Part shown: piece after piece, positions 9,780 through 18,927 of the stretch
How positions within the stretch are numbered: the stretch's first letter is position 1
How the letters are laid out: the number at the start of each line of letters is the position of its first letter
Assembly: GCA_049274895.1 (NCBI GenBank)
Contig: JBASTM010000005.1
Span: 9,636-73,635, forward strand
Source of the DNA: Minisyncoccia bacterium
Lineage (GTDB): Bacteria > Patescibacteriota > Minisyncoccia > JACQLN01
Direction: 5' to 3'
Length of the DNA: 64,000 bases
Translations under genes and position numbers: made by a program
Notes under the pieces: generated by a model
Seen by the model: the letters and a program-made list of their open reading frames with translations, nothing else
Database searches by the model: none
What the model was told of the DNA's origin: nothing

Positions 9780-9834
9780 AACATCCTGACATCCTTAAGA
9801 ATGTTGGTATGTTATTCTGTTCTAGCTCACCTTC

Positions 9835-9878
9835 TTAATCCCCACACCGATTTCGTAGCCGGAATGATTCCAGGTTTT
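9835..9878. repeat. 44-bp direct repeat, copy 1 (ttaatccccacaccgatttcgtagccggaatgattccaggtttt). It duplicates the 3-prime end of ileS and is a putative att site.
   Basis: Identical base for base with 12359-12402. Confidence 0.9.
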
Positions 9879-10287
9879 ATATAGAGAAGGTTATTTTGTC
9901 TCCCTCTCGAAGAAGCTCGTATTCTGTCGGCGGATGGCCGTTGAGCGCCATCGCTAATCTGCCCGGCGGATACCGTTTTTGGATTTCGGGATAAGAAGTA
10001 AAAATACTATGTAAAAGAAAAACAAACGGCGCATTTTCACTCATCATAATTTTAATTTTTGTTTGCCCCGTGATTGCTTCCATAACTGGATCAAATTCAA
10101 TAAACACACTGACTGGTTTTAACATTTCTCTATCCATACACATATAATATAGTCTTTTAAGCATCCGGCAAAACAAAATCCCAACAAATTTGGAGCCTGA
10201 CTGCTTAATTGTGGATAACTTTCGGTTAATTTTCGGCATCATAAATGATAAAATTATATTATCATGCCTACTATAACCCCAAAGCAA
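9877..10287 (-). CDS. Hypothetical small protein (136 aa) in the island
   Basis: ORF in AT-rich DNA. The C-terminal half (...ALNGHPPTEYELLREGDKITFSI) looks loosely like a beta-grasp fold, but this is not diagnostic. Confidence 0.35.
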   Translation of the reverse strand: MLWGYSRHDNIILSFMMPKINRKLSTIKQSGSKFVGILFCRMLKRLYYMCMDREMLKPVSVFIEFDPVMEAITGQTKIKIMMSENAPFVFLLHSIFTSYPEIQKRYPPGRLAMALNGHPPTEYELLREGDKITFSI

Positions 10288-11325
10288 AAACAGGTTCTTG
10301 ATTTTACGTCCGCTTTCATAAAAAATGAGGGCTTTGCTCCTTCAATAAACGAGATAAAAAATAATCTAGGGCTCAAATCCGTTGCCACCATACATCAACA
10401 TCTTCAAGCTCTTGAAAAAAAAGGTTACATAAAAAGAGAAAAAAACCAAAAAAGACACCTGGAAATAGTCGCTGAAATACCGCTGGTTATTAAGCCAGAA
10501 AAAATCGCCGACCAGACTAAAAAATACGACGCCTTACCCTTAAACCAAATAATCTGCGGAGACGCTGTAGAAGAATTAAAAAAAATACCCGATAATTCAA
10601 TAGACTTAGTAGTAACCTCGCCTCCTTACGATGAAATTAGAAAATATAATGGCTTTAGTTTTGATCTACACAAAACAGGAATGGAATTATTTAGAATACT
10701 TAAAAATGGCGGGGTGGCAGCTATGGTTATACAGGATCAAACCAAAAGTTTTGCAAAAACCCTGACATCTTTTAGAACAATCGTAGATTGGGTAGACAAT
10801 ATAGGTTTTCGGCTATTTGAAAACGTAATTTATAGGAAATACGGCACTGAAGGAGCGTGGTGGAAACACAGATTTAGAGTGGACCACGAATATATGCCTA
10901 TTTTTATTAAAGGTGAAAGGCCTCAATATTTTAATAAAGAACCATTAAAAGTGCCGTCAAAACATGGTGGAAAAGTGATGACTGGAAGTGGTAATAGAAG
11001 AACGGATGGTAAGACAACAAAAACCGTCACGAGGATCATAAACCAAATGAAGTGCAGAGGAACTATTTGGGATTACTTAAACGCTGGAGATAAAAACCCA
11101 CTAAAAAGAAAACATCCCGCCGTCTTTCCAGATAAAATACCTTTTGATTTTATCCAATGTTTTTGTCCTCCAAACGGTATTGTTTTAGATCCATTCATCG
11201 GCAGCGGATCAACCTCTGTATCAGCTAAAAAATTAAATAGAAACTTTATAGGAATCGATTTATCAAAAGAATACTGTGATTTAGCTCAAAAAAGGTTGGG
11301 TGAGACGCTTATTACGCTTTTATAG
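10264..11325 (+). CDS. DNA methyltransferase (beta-class N6-adenine/N4-cytosine type, SPPY motif) with an N-terminal LexA-like winged-HTH
   Basis: Motif IV (VVTSPPYD) precedes motif I (LDPFIGSGSTSV), which is the beta-class order. The N-terminus (VATIHQHLQALEKKGYIKRE) looks like a wHTH. Confidence 0.8.
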   Translation: MPTITPKQKQVLDFTSAFIKNEGFAPSINEIKNNLGLKSVATIHQHLQALEKKGYIKREKNQKRHLEIVAEIPLVIKPEKIADQTKKYDALPLNQIICGDAVEELKKIPDNSIDLVVTSPPYDEIRKYNGFSFDLHKTGMELFRILKNGGVAAMVIQDQTKSFAKTLTSFRTIVDWVDNIGFRLFENVIYRKYGTEGAWWKHRFRVDHEYMPIFIKGERPQYFNKEPLKVPSKHGGKVMTGSGNRRTDGKTTKTVTRIINQMKCRGTIWDYLNAGDKNPLKRKHPAVFPDKIPFDFIQCFCPPNGIVLDPFIGSGSTSVSAKKLNRNFIGIDLSKEYCDLAQKRLGETLITLL

Positions 11326-12342
11326 CTAATATAGCTTGTCTGGTTTTTCCAATGTATATTCAATATTTTGACCAGTTGTCATTGCCCAAGTAAGTGGTTT
11401 CTTAGACATTAGTTCCTCAAAGTTTTTATTATTCAAACTGATTCTGCTACCAGCAAAATCGCCCTTAGTAAATTTATACAAAACTAAGTCTGACCAACTC
11501 CATAGATCTTCAATATACTGCCAATCGGTAAGCGTAGATAACAGCTCAATAAATTTTTCCGATCTTTCTTTTGCTTCTGGCTTAATATCATAAAAAGAAC
11601 CACGCTTTATAATATTTGTCGGGTAACCATCCGTTTCTGATATTCTCAATCTGTCCCCTCTTTCACCTGCAACACTGATAATATCTCTTTTTTTGAAAAA
11701 ATCGTCCATTGCTTTCATAAGAGAAAAGACACTATATTTTTCATTTTCAAAAATATACTTAAGTGGACTATTGTTTTCATTAGCCATTAGATAATTTAAC
11801 CAATTCAAAACATTTTCCGGATACTTAAATAAAACGTTGAAGGTTCCATCAGTAAAAAGTAAAGGACATATAGCAGACTCGGGTATTATAATCTTCTTGC
11901 TCGAGCCAACTATACCAATCAATAAATGTATTGTAGCTAAAGGATATTTCAGACGAAACTCTCTATAACCATCATAATTCCTTAAATTATTGGGCTGGAT
12001 ACAGTTTTTATAGTTATCCCAGTTTATCGGTTTCTTATTCTTATTATATTGAACCATGTGATGGCCAACACTTCTTATTTCTTTCCTAAAGACCTCCATA
12101 TCTAAAAACACACAATCACTAGCGGAAACATTCTTTTTTAACAACATCACTTTACCATCGTAAAAACCTTTTATTTTCCATCCTAAAAAATTACTCATAA
12201 ATAACCCACAGAGTAAACCATCACTATCTGGACTCAGAATACAATTATGATCATCCTCAATAATCCAAGGAAAATTTTTTATAATCTCTTTGTAATCAAT
12301 TTGCTCTGATTTATTCTCTAACAACTCCTGTATTTTTGACAT
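11326..12342 (-). CDS. Hypothetical protein (338 aa), convergent with the methyltransferase. It is a candidate restriction endonuclease or defense effector by position only.
   Basis: Large AT-rich ORF with no recognisable motifs; the only evidence is genomic context next to the MTase. Confidence 0.35.
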   Translation of the reverse strand: MSKIQELLENKSEQIDYKEIIKNFPWIIEDDHNCILSPDSDGLLCGLFMSNFLGWKIKGFYDGKVMLLKKNVSASDCVFLDMEVFRKEIRSVGHHMVQYNKNKKPINWDNYKNCIQPNNLRNYDGYREFRLKYPLATIHLLIGIVGSSKKIIIPESAICPLLFTDGTFNVLFKYPENVLNWLNYLMANENNSPLKYIFENEKYSVFSLMKAMDDFFKKRDIISVAGERGDRLRISETDGYPTNIIKRGSFYDIKPEAKERSEKFIELLSTLTDWQYIEDLWSWSDLVLYKFTKGDFAGSRISLNNKNFEELMSKKPLTWAMTTGQNIEYTLEKPDKLY

Positions 12343-12348
12343 ATCGCT

Positions 12349-15300
12349 CTAGACCTTTTTAATCCCCACACCGATTTCGTAGCCGGAATGATTCCAGGTT
12401 TTGTGGACCAGAAAATTGTCGTTCTCGGCAATACCAAAATGGATTTGACTGGAACGGGTTTCGGATTTGATAACCTGCTCCCAACGGGAAAGAAACTCTT
12501 GAAAGTTCTGGTTTTGGCGGATGTCGTAATACAAAATTATTTTATCTTCGGGCGTTAAGCCGGCCTCTTTGCGCATATCGTTGATGTTGCGCGTCAGTTC
12601 GCGCACCAAACCCTCTTCTTTCAGCTCGGCGGTGAGTTCGGTATCCAGAACCACTGTGTCTTTGGCTATTTTGCGGTCGGCCAGAACTTTTTTAACATTC
12701 AATTCCGAAGCCACCAAATACAAAACGTCCCCAATCAAATTGTAATCCGCAGGTGAAAGATATAAGGCGTTTAAGGGCTGGCGGACTCTGATGCCGGTTC
12801 TAGCCCGCTCGGCCAGGCCCAAAGCCACAAGTTCGCGGGCTTTATCCATCACCCGCATTATTTCCGATTTCTTAGCCGACTTTGACGCCTTGGGCCAACT
12901 CTCCAAATGAACAGATTCTAAGTTACAAGTTACAGGTTTTAAGTTCTTGAGATTTTGATAAAGCCATTCGGCCAAAAACGGCGTGAACGGTGAGAGTAAA
13001 ATCGAGACACGTCTTAAAACCTCCGCCAAGGTTCGTTGGGCGGCCAGTTTTTCTCCGTCCATATTTTGTTTTTGAAACTTGCGTCTGGACCTGCGGATAT
13101 ACCAATTGGAAAGTTCATCCACAAATTCCTCAATGTCCCGCGCGGCCGAAGTTACACTGTAAGCATCAAGATGCTTAGCCGCGTCTGATTCCAAATCTGC
13201 CAAGCGCTCCAAAATCCAGCTGTCTAAAATATCCGGCCGGGCGGCCAGCGAGGCCGGAGCGTCGTCATAATAAGTTTCCAAAAAGAGATAGGAGTTAACT
13301 AGAGTATCAACAAAGCGGCGTTTTTTGGTCTCAAGGTCGCGCAGATTAAAAAGTTTGTTGTCGCCGGGCGTGTTTACGGTATAAAAATACCAGCGCATCA
13401 CGTCAAAACCGACTTTCTCGCCTACCAGCCACGGATCCACCATGTTGCCTTTAGATTTAGACATCTTTTCACCCTTATCATCCAGAACATGGTTTAAGCT
13501 GATGACATTCTTAAAAGGCGCGCCTTGGCCCAAGGCGGTAGCTACAGCCACAAGCGTGTAAAACCAGCCGCGGGTTTGATCTATAGCTTCACAAATGTAA
13601 TCCGCCGGGAAAAGATTTTTGGAAGCCCAGGGCATCGCTCCCGAATCAAACCAGACATCTATAAGATCCTTGACGCGCTCCATCCTGGACGAACATTGGG
13701 GACACTTGAGAAAAACAGCATCCACATACGGCCGATGTAGATCAAGATTGCCTTCAGCATCGTAAGGCCAGTTGTTGATTTTGAACTCGGTAAATTCGGC
13801 CGTGTCCAAAACCAGTTTGGATTTTTTCACGGCCGATTGGTAAGCGAGTTCAGTTTCGTCAGAACCGTATATCCCGCCCGAAGTTTGGATCAAAAACAAA
13901 GGGTCCATATGGCTAACCACGATAATTTTTTTACCCGGATGCTTATGGGAAACATCGGCCGTAAAATCACGCACCCTGCGGGCCACGTCCAACCACGACT
14001 CCCCCTGCGGCGGTGAGTGCACAAATCTGTCTTTGAAAGAACTGAAATAGTTACGGTAGGCCTCAACCGCTTGTCCGCTAAACTGACCGGTGTCTATTTC
14101 GCGCAAGCGCGGATCAAAAATTATGTTTTTTGTTTTAAGCTCATCAGCCACAATCTGCGCCGTCTCCCGGGCGCGCAGCAGGTCCGATGAATACACCGCC
14201 GTTGCTTTCTCTTTACCCAGACCCAACTTAATTTTCTTGGCTGCCGCTTCAACCTGCTTGCGGCCGCGCTCGGTCAGCGGATTCAATTTCTGTTCGGGAT
14301 AAGAACTGCAAAAACCTTTAAGATTGGACTCGGCCTCGCCGTGGCGCATTAAAATCAAAGTGGCCGGCGCATCGGTGCGGTTTTTATTCAAATCGTCCAA
14401 CGATCCAGCCACCAACCGGTGATCACATTTCCGGCATTCCCAAACCGGCAAGGGCGTGCCCCAGTAACGCTCGCGGCTGACGGCCCAATCTTTTACCTCG
14501 CGCAGCCACTCACCAAACCGGCCTTCTTTTAAGTGTTCCGGCACCCAATTTATTTTCTGATTATTTTTAATAAGCTCACGCCTTAAAGCCGACATTTTTA
14601 TAAACCAGCTCTCCTTGGCGTAATAAATTAAGGGCGATTGGCAACGCCAACAGAAAGGGTATTCGTGGCTGTAATCGGCTTCGTTAAAAAGCAAATTCTG
14701 TTTTTTTAAGTAAAATAGAATCGCTTTTTCCGTTAGCATGTCTTTCCGGCCCTCGCTGACAACAGGCAAACCGGCCACGATGGGAACTGATTTTATAAAC
14801 ACACCTTCGCGATCCACGGTGTGAAACTTAGGCAAACCGTGCCGCGCACCCAATTCAAAATCATCCGCGCCGTACATTACCGCGGTGTGGACTAGGCCCG
14901 TGCCTTCTTGGGTGCTTACAAAATCGGCGGGATAGACCTTATAAGATTGTGGCGACACCAACTCTTTGATCTTAAAAAGTGGTTCATACGACAACTTAGC
15001 CACTTCACTGGCTTTTAGATCTTTGATAATTTTGTAATCGCGATTGCCAAAAACTTTAGCCGCCAAATCTTTGGCTAAAATATATTTCTCGCCGTCCGAT
15101 TCCACCTCTACATAGTTGATTTTGGAGCCGACGGCCAAAGCCACGTTGCCCGGCAAAGTCCAGGGCGTGGTCGTCCAGGCCAAAAGATAAGTATCGGCTA
15201 AGCCCTTGACTTTGAACTTTACGGTAACTGATTTGTCGGTGACGGTTTCGTAGCCCTGAGCCACTTCGTGGCTGGAAATGGGCGTGCCACAGCGCACGCA

Positions 15301-15828
15301 AAAAGGCACAATTTTGTAATCTTTGACCAAAAGTTTCTTGTCCCAAAATTTTTTAATGATGCTCCAAACGCTTTCAATATACTGCGGTTCGTAGGTGATG
15401 TAGGGGTTTTTGAGATCCAGCCAAAAACCCATCCGGCGCGTCAGTTTTTCCCATTCGTCTTTATACTGCCACACTGATTTCCGGCATGCCTCGTTAAACT
15501 TGGCGATGCCGTATTTTTCTACTTCTTTTTTGTTCTTGAGACCCAACTTTTTCTCCACCTCAATTTCCACCGGCAGGCCGTGGGTATCCCAGCCGGCCCG
15601 GCGCGCCACGTAATACCCCTTCATGGTTTGATAACGGCAGATAATGTCCTTAAAAGCTCGCGCCAAAACATGGTGGATGCCGGGCCGGCCGTTAGCTGTG
15701 GGCGGGCCTTCGTAAAACACAAAAGCATGGCCTTTGGCTGTGGCCGCCAAAGACTTTTCAAAAATATCATTATCCTCCCAAAACTTGAGAGTTTTTTCTT
15801 CTTCTTTGATTAAATCAACCTGGCGCAT
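12349..15828 (-). CDS. ileS: Isoleucine--tRNA ligase with an inserted histidine-phosphatase (PGAM-like) domain
   Basis: HIGH-region PPTANGRPGIHHVLARAFKD, WAVSRERYWGTPLP, and KMSKS (KMSKSKGN). It also carries an internal ~200-aa segment with LILMRHGEAESN...LTERGRKQ...VVSHMDP motifs, which is foreign to IleRS. Confidence 0.9.
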   Translation of the reverse strand: MRQVDLIKEEEKTLKFWEDNDIFEKSLAATAKGHAFVFYEGPPTANGRPGIHHVLARAFKDIICRYQTMKGYYVARRAGWDTHGLPVEIEVEKKLGLKNKKEVEKYGIAKFNEACRKSVWQYKDEWEKLTRRMGFWLDLKNPYITYEPQYIESVWSIIKKFWDKKLLVKDYKIVPFCVRCGTPISSHEVAQGYETVTDKSVTVKFKVKGLADTYLLAWTTTPWTLPGNVALAVGSKINYVEVESDGEKYILAKDLAAKVFGNRDYKIIKDLKASEVAKLSYEPLFKIKELVSPQSYKVYPADFVSTQEGTGLVHTAVMYGADDFELGARHGLPKFHTVDREGVFIKSVPIVAGLPVVSEGRKDMLTEKAILFYLKKQNLLFNEADYSHEYPFCWRCQSPLIYYAKESWFIKMSALRRELIKNNQKINWVPEHLKEGRFGEWLREVKDWAVSRERYWGTPLPVWECRKCDHRLVAGSLDDLNKNRTDAPATLILMRHGEAESNLKGFCSSYPEQKLNPLTERGRKQVEAAAKKIKLGLGKEKATAVYSSDLLRARETAQIVADELKTKNIIFDPRLREIDTGQFSGQAVEAYRNYFSSFKDRFVHSPPQGESWLDVARRVRDFTADVSHKHPGKKIIVVSHMDPLFLIQTSGGIYGSDETELAYQSAVKKSKLVLDTAEFTEFKINNWPYDAEGNLDLHRPYVDAVFLKCPQCSSRMERVKDLIDVWFDSGAMPWASKNLFPADYICEAIDQTRGWFYTLVAVATALGQGAPFKNVISLNHVLDDKGEKMSKSKGNMVDPWLVGEKVGFDVMRWYFYTVNTPGDNKLFNLRDLETKKRRFVDTLVNSYLFLETYYDDAPASLAARPDILDSWILERLADLESDAAKHLDAYSVTSAARDIEEFVDELSNWYIRRSRRKFQKQNMDGEKLAAQRTLAEVLRRVSILLSPFTPFLAEWLYQNLKNLKPVTCNLESVHLESWPKASKSAKKSEIMRVMDKARELVALGLAERARTGIRVRQPLNALYLSPADYNLIGDVLYLVASELNVKKVLADRKIAKDTVVLDTELTAELKEEGLVRELTRNINDMRKEAGLTPEDKIILYYDIRQNQNFQEFLSRWEQVIKSETRSSQIHFGIAENDNFLVHKTWNHSGYEIGVGIKKV
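12359..12402. repeat. 44-bp direct repeat, copy 2, lying inside the 3-prime end of ileS
   Basis: Identical to 9835-9878. On the minus strand it encodes ...KTWNHSGYEIGVGIK of IleRS. Confidence 0.9.
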
Positions 15829-16105
15829 GAGATAAGCTTAGCCAAACCGTGCTTATAAATCAACCAAAAACCATTTAATATATTTTTATGTTTCCACGAC
15901 CTTATTAAGAGAGGTCGGTTGCTCCACATCAACAAAATCATGTAACTACTAAGCGGTTACAATGCGGTCAATAATCCACTTTTTAATATCGTCTAAAACA
16001 ATACCTCTATCCGATCGCCTGTGGTATCAAAAAGCGCCACCGCTAAACGGTGGCACATATTTTTCATCAACTCTAAATCTAAATAGTTAAACTTCATAAT
16101 ACAAA

Positions 16106-16327
16106 CTATGTCCGGTCGTATTCAGCCAGTTTCTCAAAAACTTCCTTATACTCTTTTACAGCCCGTTTAGTACCTTCTTCAACTTTCATTTTCAGCTCCT
16201 CTCTTGAATCAGAAACCTGTTCCTTTACTGTCTTTTCATCAGTTTCTTTGCCGTTAATTTTTAGCAATTTCTTGATAAATTTAGTCATATTTTGATTATA
16301 GCACTTAAGACACTGGTATTCTAACAA
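16106..16327 (-). CDS. Hypothetical small charged protein
   Basis: ORF only; it is followed on the minus strand by the hairpin gccaccg...cggtggc plus a T-run. Confidence 0.3.
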   Translation of the reverse strand: MLEYQCLKCYNQNMTKFIKKLLKINGKETDEKTVKEQVSDSREELKMKVEEGTKRAVKEYKEVFEKLAEYDRT

Positions 16328-16509
16328 ACAAACATACTAACCTTATTCCAGTTCTAAATCAAAACCCCGCTTGCCGAAGGCGGGGGTTCTCAATAATTTT
16401 AGTGATTATCTTTCCTATATTCCTTGGGAAATCTCCAAATTAGCAAATCGCTTTCGTTGTTTAATAAACAAAAAGTGCCCTTTGCCCACAGCCGTGATAA
16501 ACTTACAAT

Positions 16510-16953
16510 ATGGAAGCTAAAATCAACAAAAAGGCGTTTTTTAATTATGAAATCCTGGAGAAGTTCGAGGCCGGTTTAGTGCTGCTTGGTTCGGAGGTTA
16601 AATCCATAAAAAACAGCCATTACAGTTTGCAGGGCGCTTACGTGACCCTCCAAAACGAAGAGGCCTGGCTGGTGCGCGCCACCATCGCCCCCTACCAACC
16701 CAAAAATATGAATACGGCTTATAACCCCGAACGGCCGAGAAAGCTGTTGTTAAATAAAAAGGAACTTAAATACCTCCAAGGCAAAACCAAAGAACGGGGG
16801 TTGACTATTGTGCCGTTAAAAGTCTATAATAAGCACGGTCAAATAAAATTGGAAATCGGTTTGGCCAAAGGCAAAACCAAGTCAGATAAACGGGAAGTTC
16901 TTAAAAAACGCATTGCCGATCGAGAGATCCAAAGAGAAATAAGAAATAAATAG
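16510..16953 (+). CDS. smpB: SsrA-binding protein SmpB
   Basis: N-terminal NKKAFFNYEILEKFEAGLVLLGSEVKSIK and a basic C-terminal tail typical of SmpB. Confidence 0.9.
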   Translation: MEAKINKKAFFNYEILEKFEAGLVLLGSEVKSIKNSHYSLQGAYVTLQNEEAWLVRATIAPYQPKNMNTAYNPERPRKLLLNKKELKYLQGKTKERGLTIVPLKVYNKHGQIKLEIGLAKGKTKSDKREVLKKRIADREIQREIRNK

Positions 16954-17039
16954 TTTACTATATGGGCGTAAGCCCAGTAGTGAACTTTTGACCTTGAACT
17001 TTTCTTCGGCTGGGCCGAAGTTTCAAAAGTTCTACTACT

Positions 17040-17397
17040 GGGGATGTAACGGCTTCGTCAAGAAGCGTATTGCTTTGGATTCGAGGTTGAGGTTGACCAC
17101 AAACTCATAAAACTGGTCGAAAACAATAAGTGCAAACTTATTTAACGCTAAACCAGCGTTTGCTGTAGCTTAAAAACTTCAGCCATCGTTCCGTCCCCGC
17201 CCGAAGGGATGGAAACGGTGCCAACTTTTCGGGCCGCTCTTTCAAACCAGGCGGGTTTGGAAGCTAAGACAATCGCCGAAAGTTCAACTTTTTTGGCCGT
17301 CCTTTAAGGGTTGGACTTAAAACAAGGGCGGTTAGACTTCGTAAAAATCCTGGCAAGAAACTTTTTGCACGCGGGTTCAACTCCCGCCATCTCCACC
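17040..17397 (+). ncRNA. ssrA: tmRNA (ssrA), with predicted tag peptide ANLFNAKPAFAVA
   Basis: The 5-prime end GGGGATG...GGATTCGAGG and the 3-prime tRNA-like end GCGGGTTCAACTCCCGCCATCTCCACC are complementary across an acceptor stem. There is an internal frame gca aac tta ttt aac gct aaa cca gcg ttt gct gta gct taa. The gene sits immediately downstream of smpB. Confidence 0.8.
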
Positions 17398-17496
17398 CCG
17401 TAAAGCAAAATATGCAGCATATTTTGCCACGGGGTAGGCACGTGATAAAATTTGAAAAATTTTTCAAATTTTATTTTACGTGCCACCTCGTAAAAC

Positions 17497-17766
17497 ATGC
17501 AATACGTATACATCCTGCATAGTCTTAAAGATATGGGACTGTATATAGGATACACTACTGACCTAAGAAAACGTTATCAACTTCACCAAGATGGCAAAGT
17601 GTTATCAACAAAACATCGACTGCCTGTAAAACTTATTTACTACGAATCTTACCTAAACAGAATTGATGCCAAAAAACGAGAAATATTTTTGAAGTCGGGA
17701 TCAGGGCATAGGTTTATCAAAAAGCAGTTATCAAATTATCTCAGAAATAATCCCCTTGCGCGTTAA
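17497..17766 (+). CDS. GIY-YIG nuclease domain protein (small, YhbQ/UPF0213-like)
   Basis: VYILHS...GLYIGYTTDLRKRYQLHQ is the GIY-YIG signature. Confidence 0.7.
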   Translation: MQYVYILHSLKDMGLYIGYTTDLRKRYQLHQDGKVLSTKHRLPVKLIYYESYLNRIDAKKREIFLKSGSGHRFIKKQLSNYLRNNPLAR

Positions 17767-18247
17767 TAGAGAAATTCGGGCCGAAAAATTAGTGGTCATA
17801 GATGAAACCGGCAAATCGCTGGGAGTTTTGAGCCGGGACGAGGCTTTCAAAACCGCCCAGGACAAGGGGCTGGACTTGCTGGAGGTTAACCCCAACGCCA
17901 ACCCGCCGGTTGCTAAAATCCTGGATTATGGTAAATTTGAATACCGTCAACGCAAAGCCGAGCGGAAGTTCAAATCCACCCAAAAAAGACAGGAATTAAA
18001 AATCGTCCGCATCGGGCTTAAAACCTCGGCCCACGATACCGAAGTGAAGGCGGGCCAGGCCGACAAGTTCTTGCAAAAAGGGCATAAGGTTAAACTGGAA
18101 ATATTTTTGCGGGGCCGGGAAAAAGCCCATCGGGATCTGGCTAAAACCAGATTGGTGGAATTTAAGAAACTGATAAAAGAAGAACACAAAGCCGACGGCA
18201 ACGCCCTAAGCACGCCTTCGGGCTGGTCGGTAACAATATCCAAATGA
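17756..18247 (+). CDS. infC: Translation initiation factor IF-3 (TTG start)
   Basis: EIRAEKLVVIDETGKSLGVLSRDEAFKTAQDKGLDLLEV and the C-terminal domain are conserved. It begins the operon with rpmI and rplT. Confidence 0.9.
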   Translation: MRVNREIRAEKLVVIDETGKSLGVLSRDEAFKTAQDKGLDLLEVNPNANPPVAKILDYGKFEYRQRKAERKFKSTQKRQELKIVRIGLKTSAHDTEVKAGQADKFLQKGHKVKLEIFLRGREKAHRDLAKTRLVEFKKLIKEEHKADGNALSTPSGWSVTISK

Positions 18248-18438
18248 GTTCAAAAACCAACAAGTCAATGGCTAAAAGATTCCGCGTCACCAAACGCGGA
18301 AAAGTTTTGCATAAGCCGCCGCATCAAAATCATTTTAGAGCCAAAAAAGCGCGACACATAATCCGGTCGTCCCGCAAAACCAACCAGATGGCCAAGCCGG
18401 ATATTAAAAACATTCTGGAAAAAATGCCGTTCGCGTAA
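18244..18438 (+). CDS. rpmI: 50S ribosomal protein L35
   Basis: MAKRFRVTKRGKVLHKPPH... is very basic, and the gene lies in the infC-rpmI-rplT order. Confidence 0.9.
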   Translation: MSSKTNKSMAKRFRVTKRGKVLHKPPHQNHFRAKKARHIIRSSRKTNQMAKPDIKNILEKMPFA

Positions 18439-18528
18439 TGTAGTTATGAATATGTTCCTACTTCGCTCCTCCGGAGCTTCGCAGGACACATATTTGTAAC
18501 TAAATTTAAGAATTAAATTTAGACAAAT

Positions 18529-18885
18529 ATGGCAAGAGTCAAACGGGGCACTATCGCCCACAAAAGAAGGAAAAATCTGCTCAAGTACGCCAAGGGTTTT
18601 AAGTGGTCCAGAAACACCCATTACCGCGCCGCCAAAGAAGCCCTGCTGCACGCCTGGAGCAAATCTTACTACGACCGCAAAAAGAAAAAGGGTGAGTTTA
18701 GAACCTTGTGGCAGATAAAAATCGGCGCGGCCAGCCGCCTCAACGGTTTGTCTTACGGCCGATTCATCAACGGCTTAAAGAAGGCCAATATAGAGCTGGA
18801 TAGAAAAATCTTGTCTGACTTGGCCGAAAACAACCCCGAAGTTTTTTCCAAAATCGTGGAAAAGGCGAAGATCAGCACCCAATAG
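18529..18885 (+). CDS. rplT: 50S ribosomal protein L20
   Basis: MARVKRGTIAHKRRKNLLKYAKGF... is the classic L20 N-terminus. Confidence 0.9.
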   Translation: MARVKRGTIAHKRRKNLLKYAKGFKWSRNTHYRAAKEALLHAWSKSYYDRKKKKGEFRTLWQIKIGAASRLNGLSYGRFINGLKKANIELDRKILSDLAENNPEVFSKIVEKAKISTQ

Positions 18886-18898
18886 GCGTTGATCGGAG

Positions 18899-18927
18899 TC
18901 CCGCACCGAAATTTTTTTGGTGCGGGA
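18899..18927. terminator. Bidirectional terminator hairpin (tcccgcacc...ggtgcggga with a T/A run) between rplT and ogt
   Basis: 9-bp inverted repeat flanking a T7 run. Confidence 0.5.

Larger units (their letters stand above)
9879..12358. mobile_element. AT-rich 2.48 kb inserted island (three genes) bounded by the 44-bp direct repeats. No integrase is present, so it is probably an integrative-element remnant or a defense islet.
   Basis: Sharp drop in GC content, flanking perfect direct repeats derived from the ileS C-terminal coding sequence, and methyltransferase cargo. Confidence 0.55.

Noticed and set aside
12923-15813. Short ORFs on both strands inside ileS
   Set aside because: They are embedded in a confidently called 1159-aa synthetase gene.
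15829-16105. Possible T-box leader upstream of ileS
   Set aside because: I looked for the T-box consensus (AATTAGGGTGGNACCGCG) on the minus strand and did not find it. The hairpin there looks like a simple terminator for the upstream small gene.
17264-17555. ORFs 17264..17467 and 17304..17555 (minus strand)
   Set aside because: They overlap the tmRNA gene and its tRNA-like 3-prime end, so they are not protein-coding.
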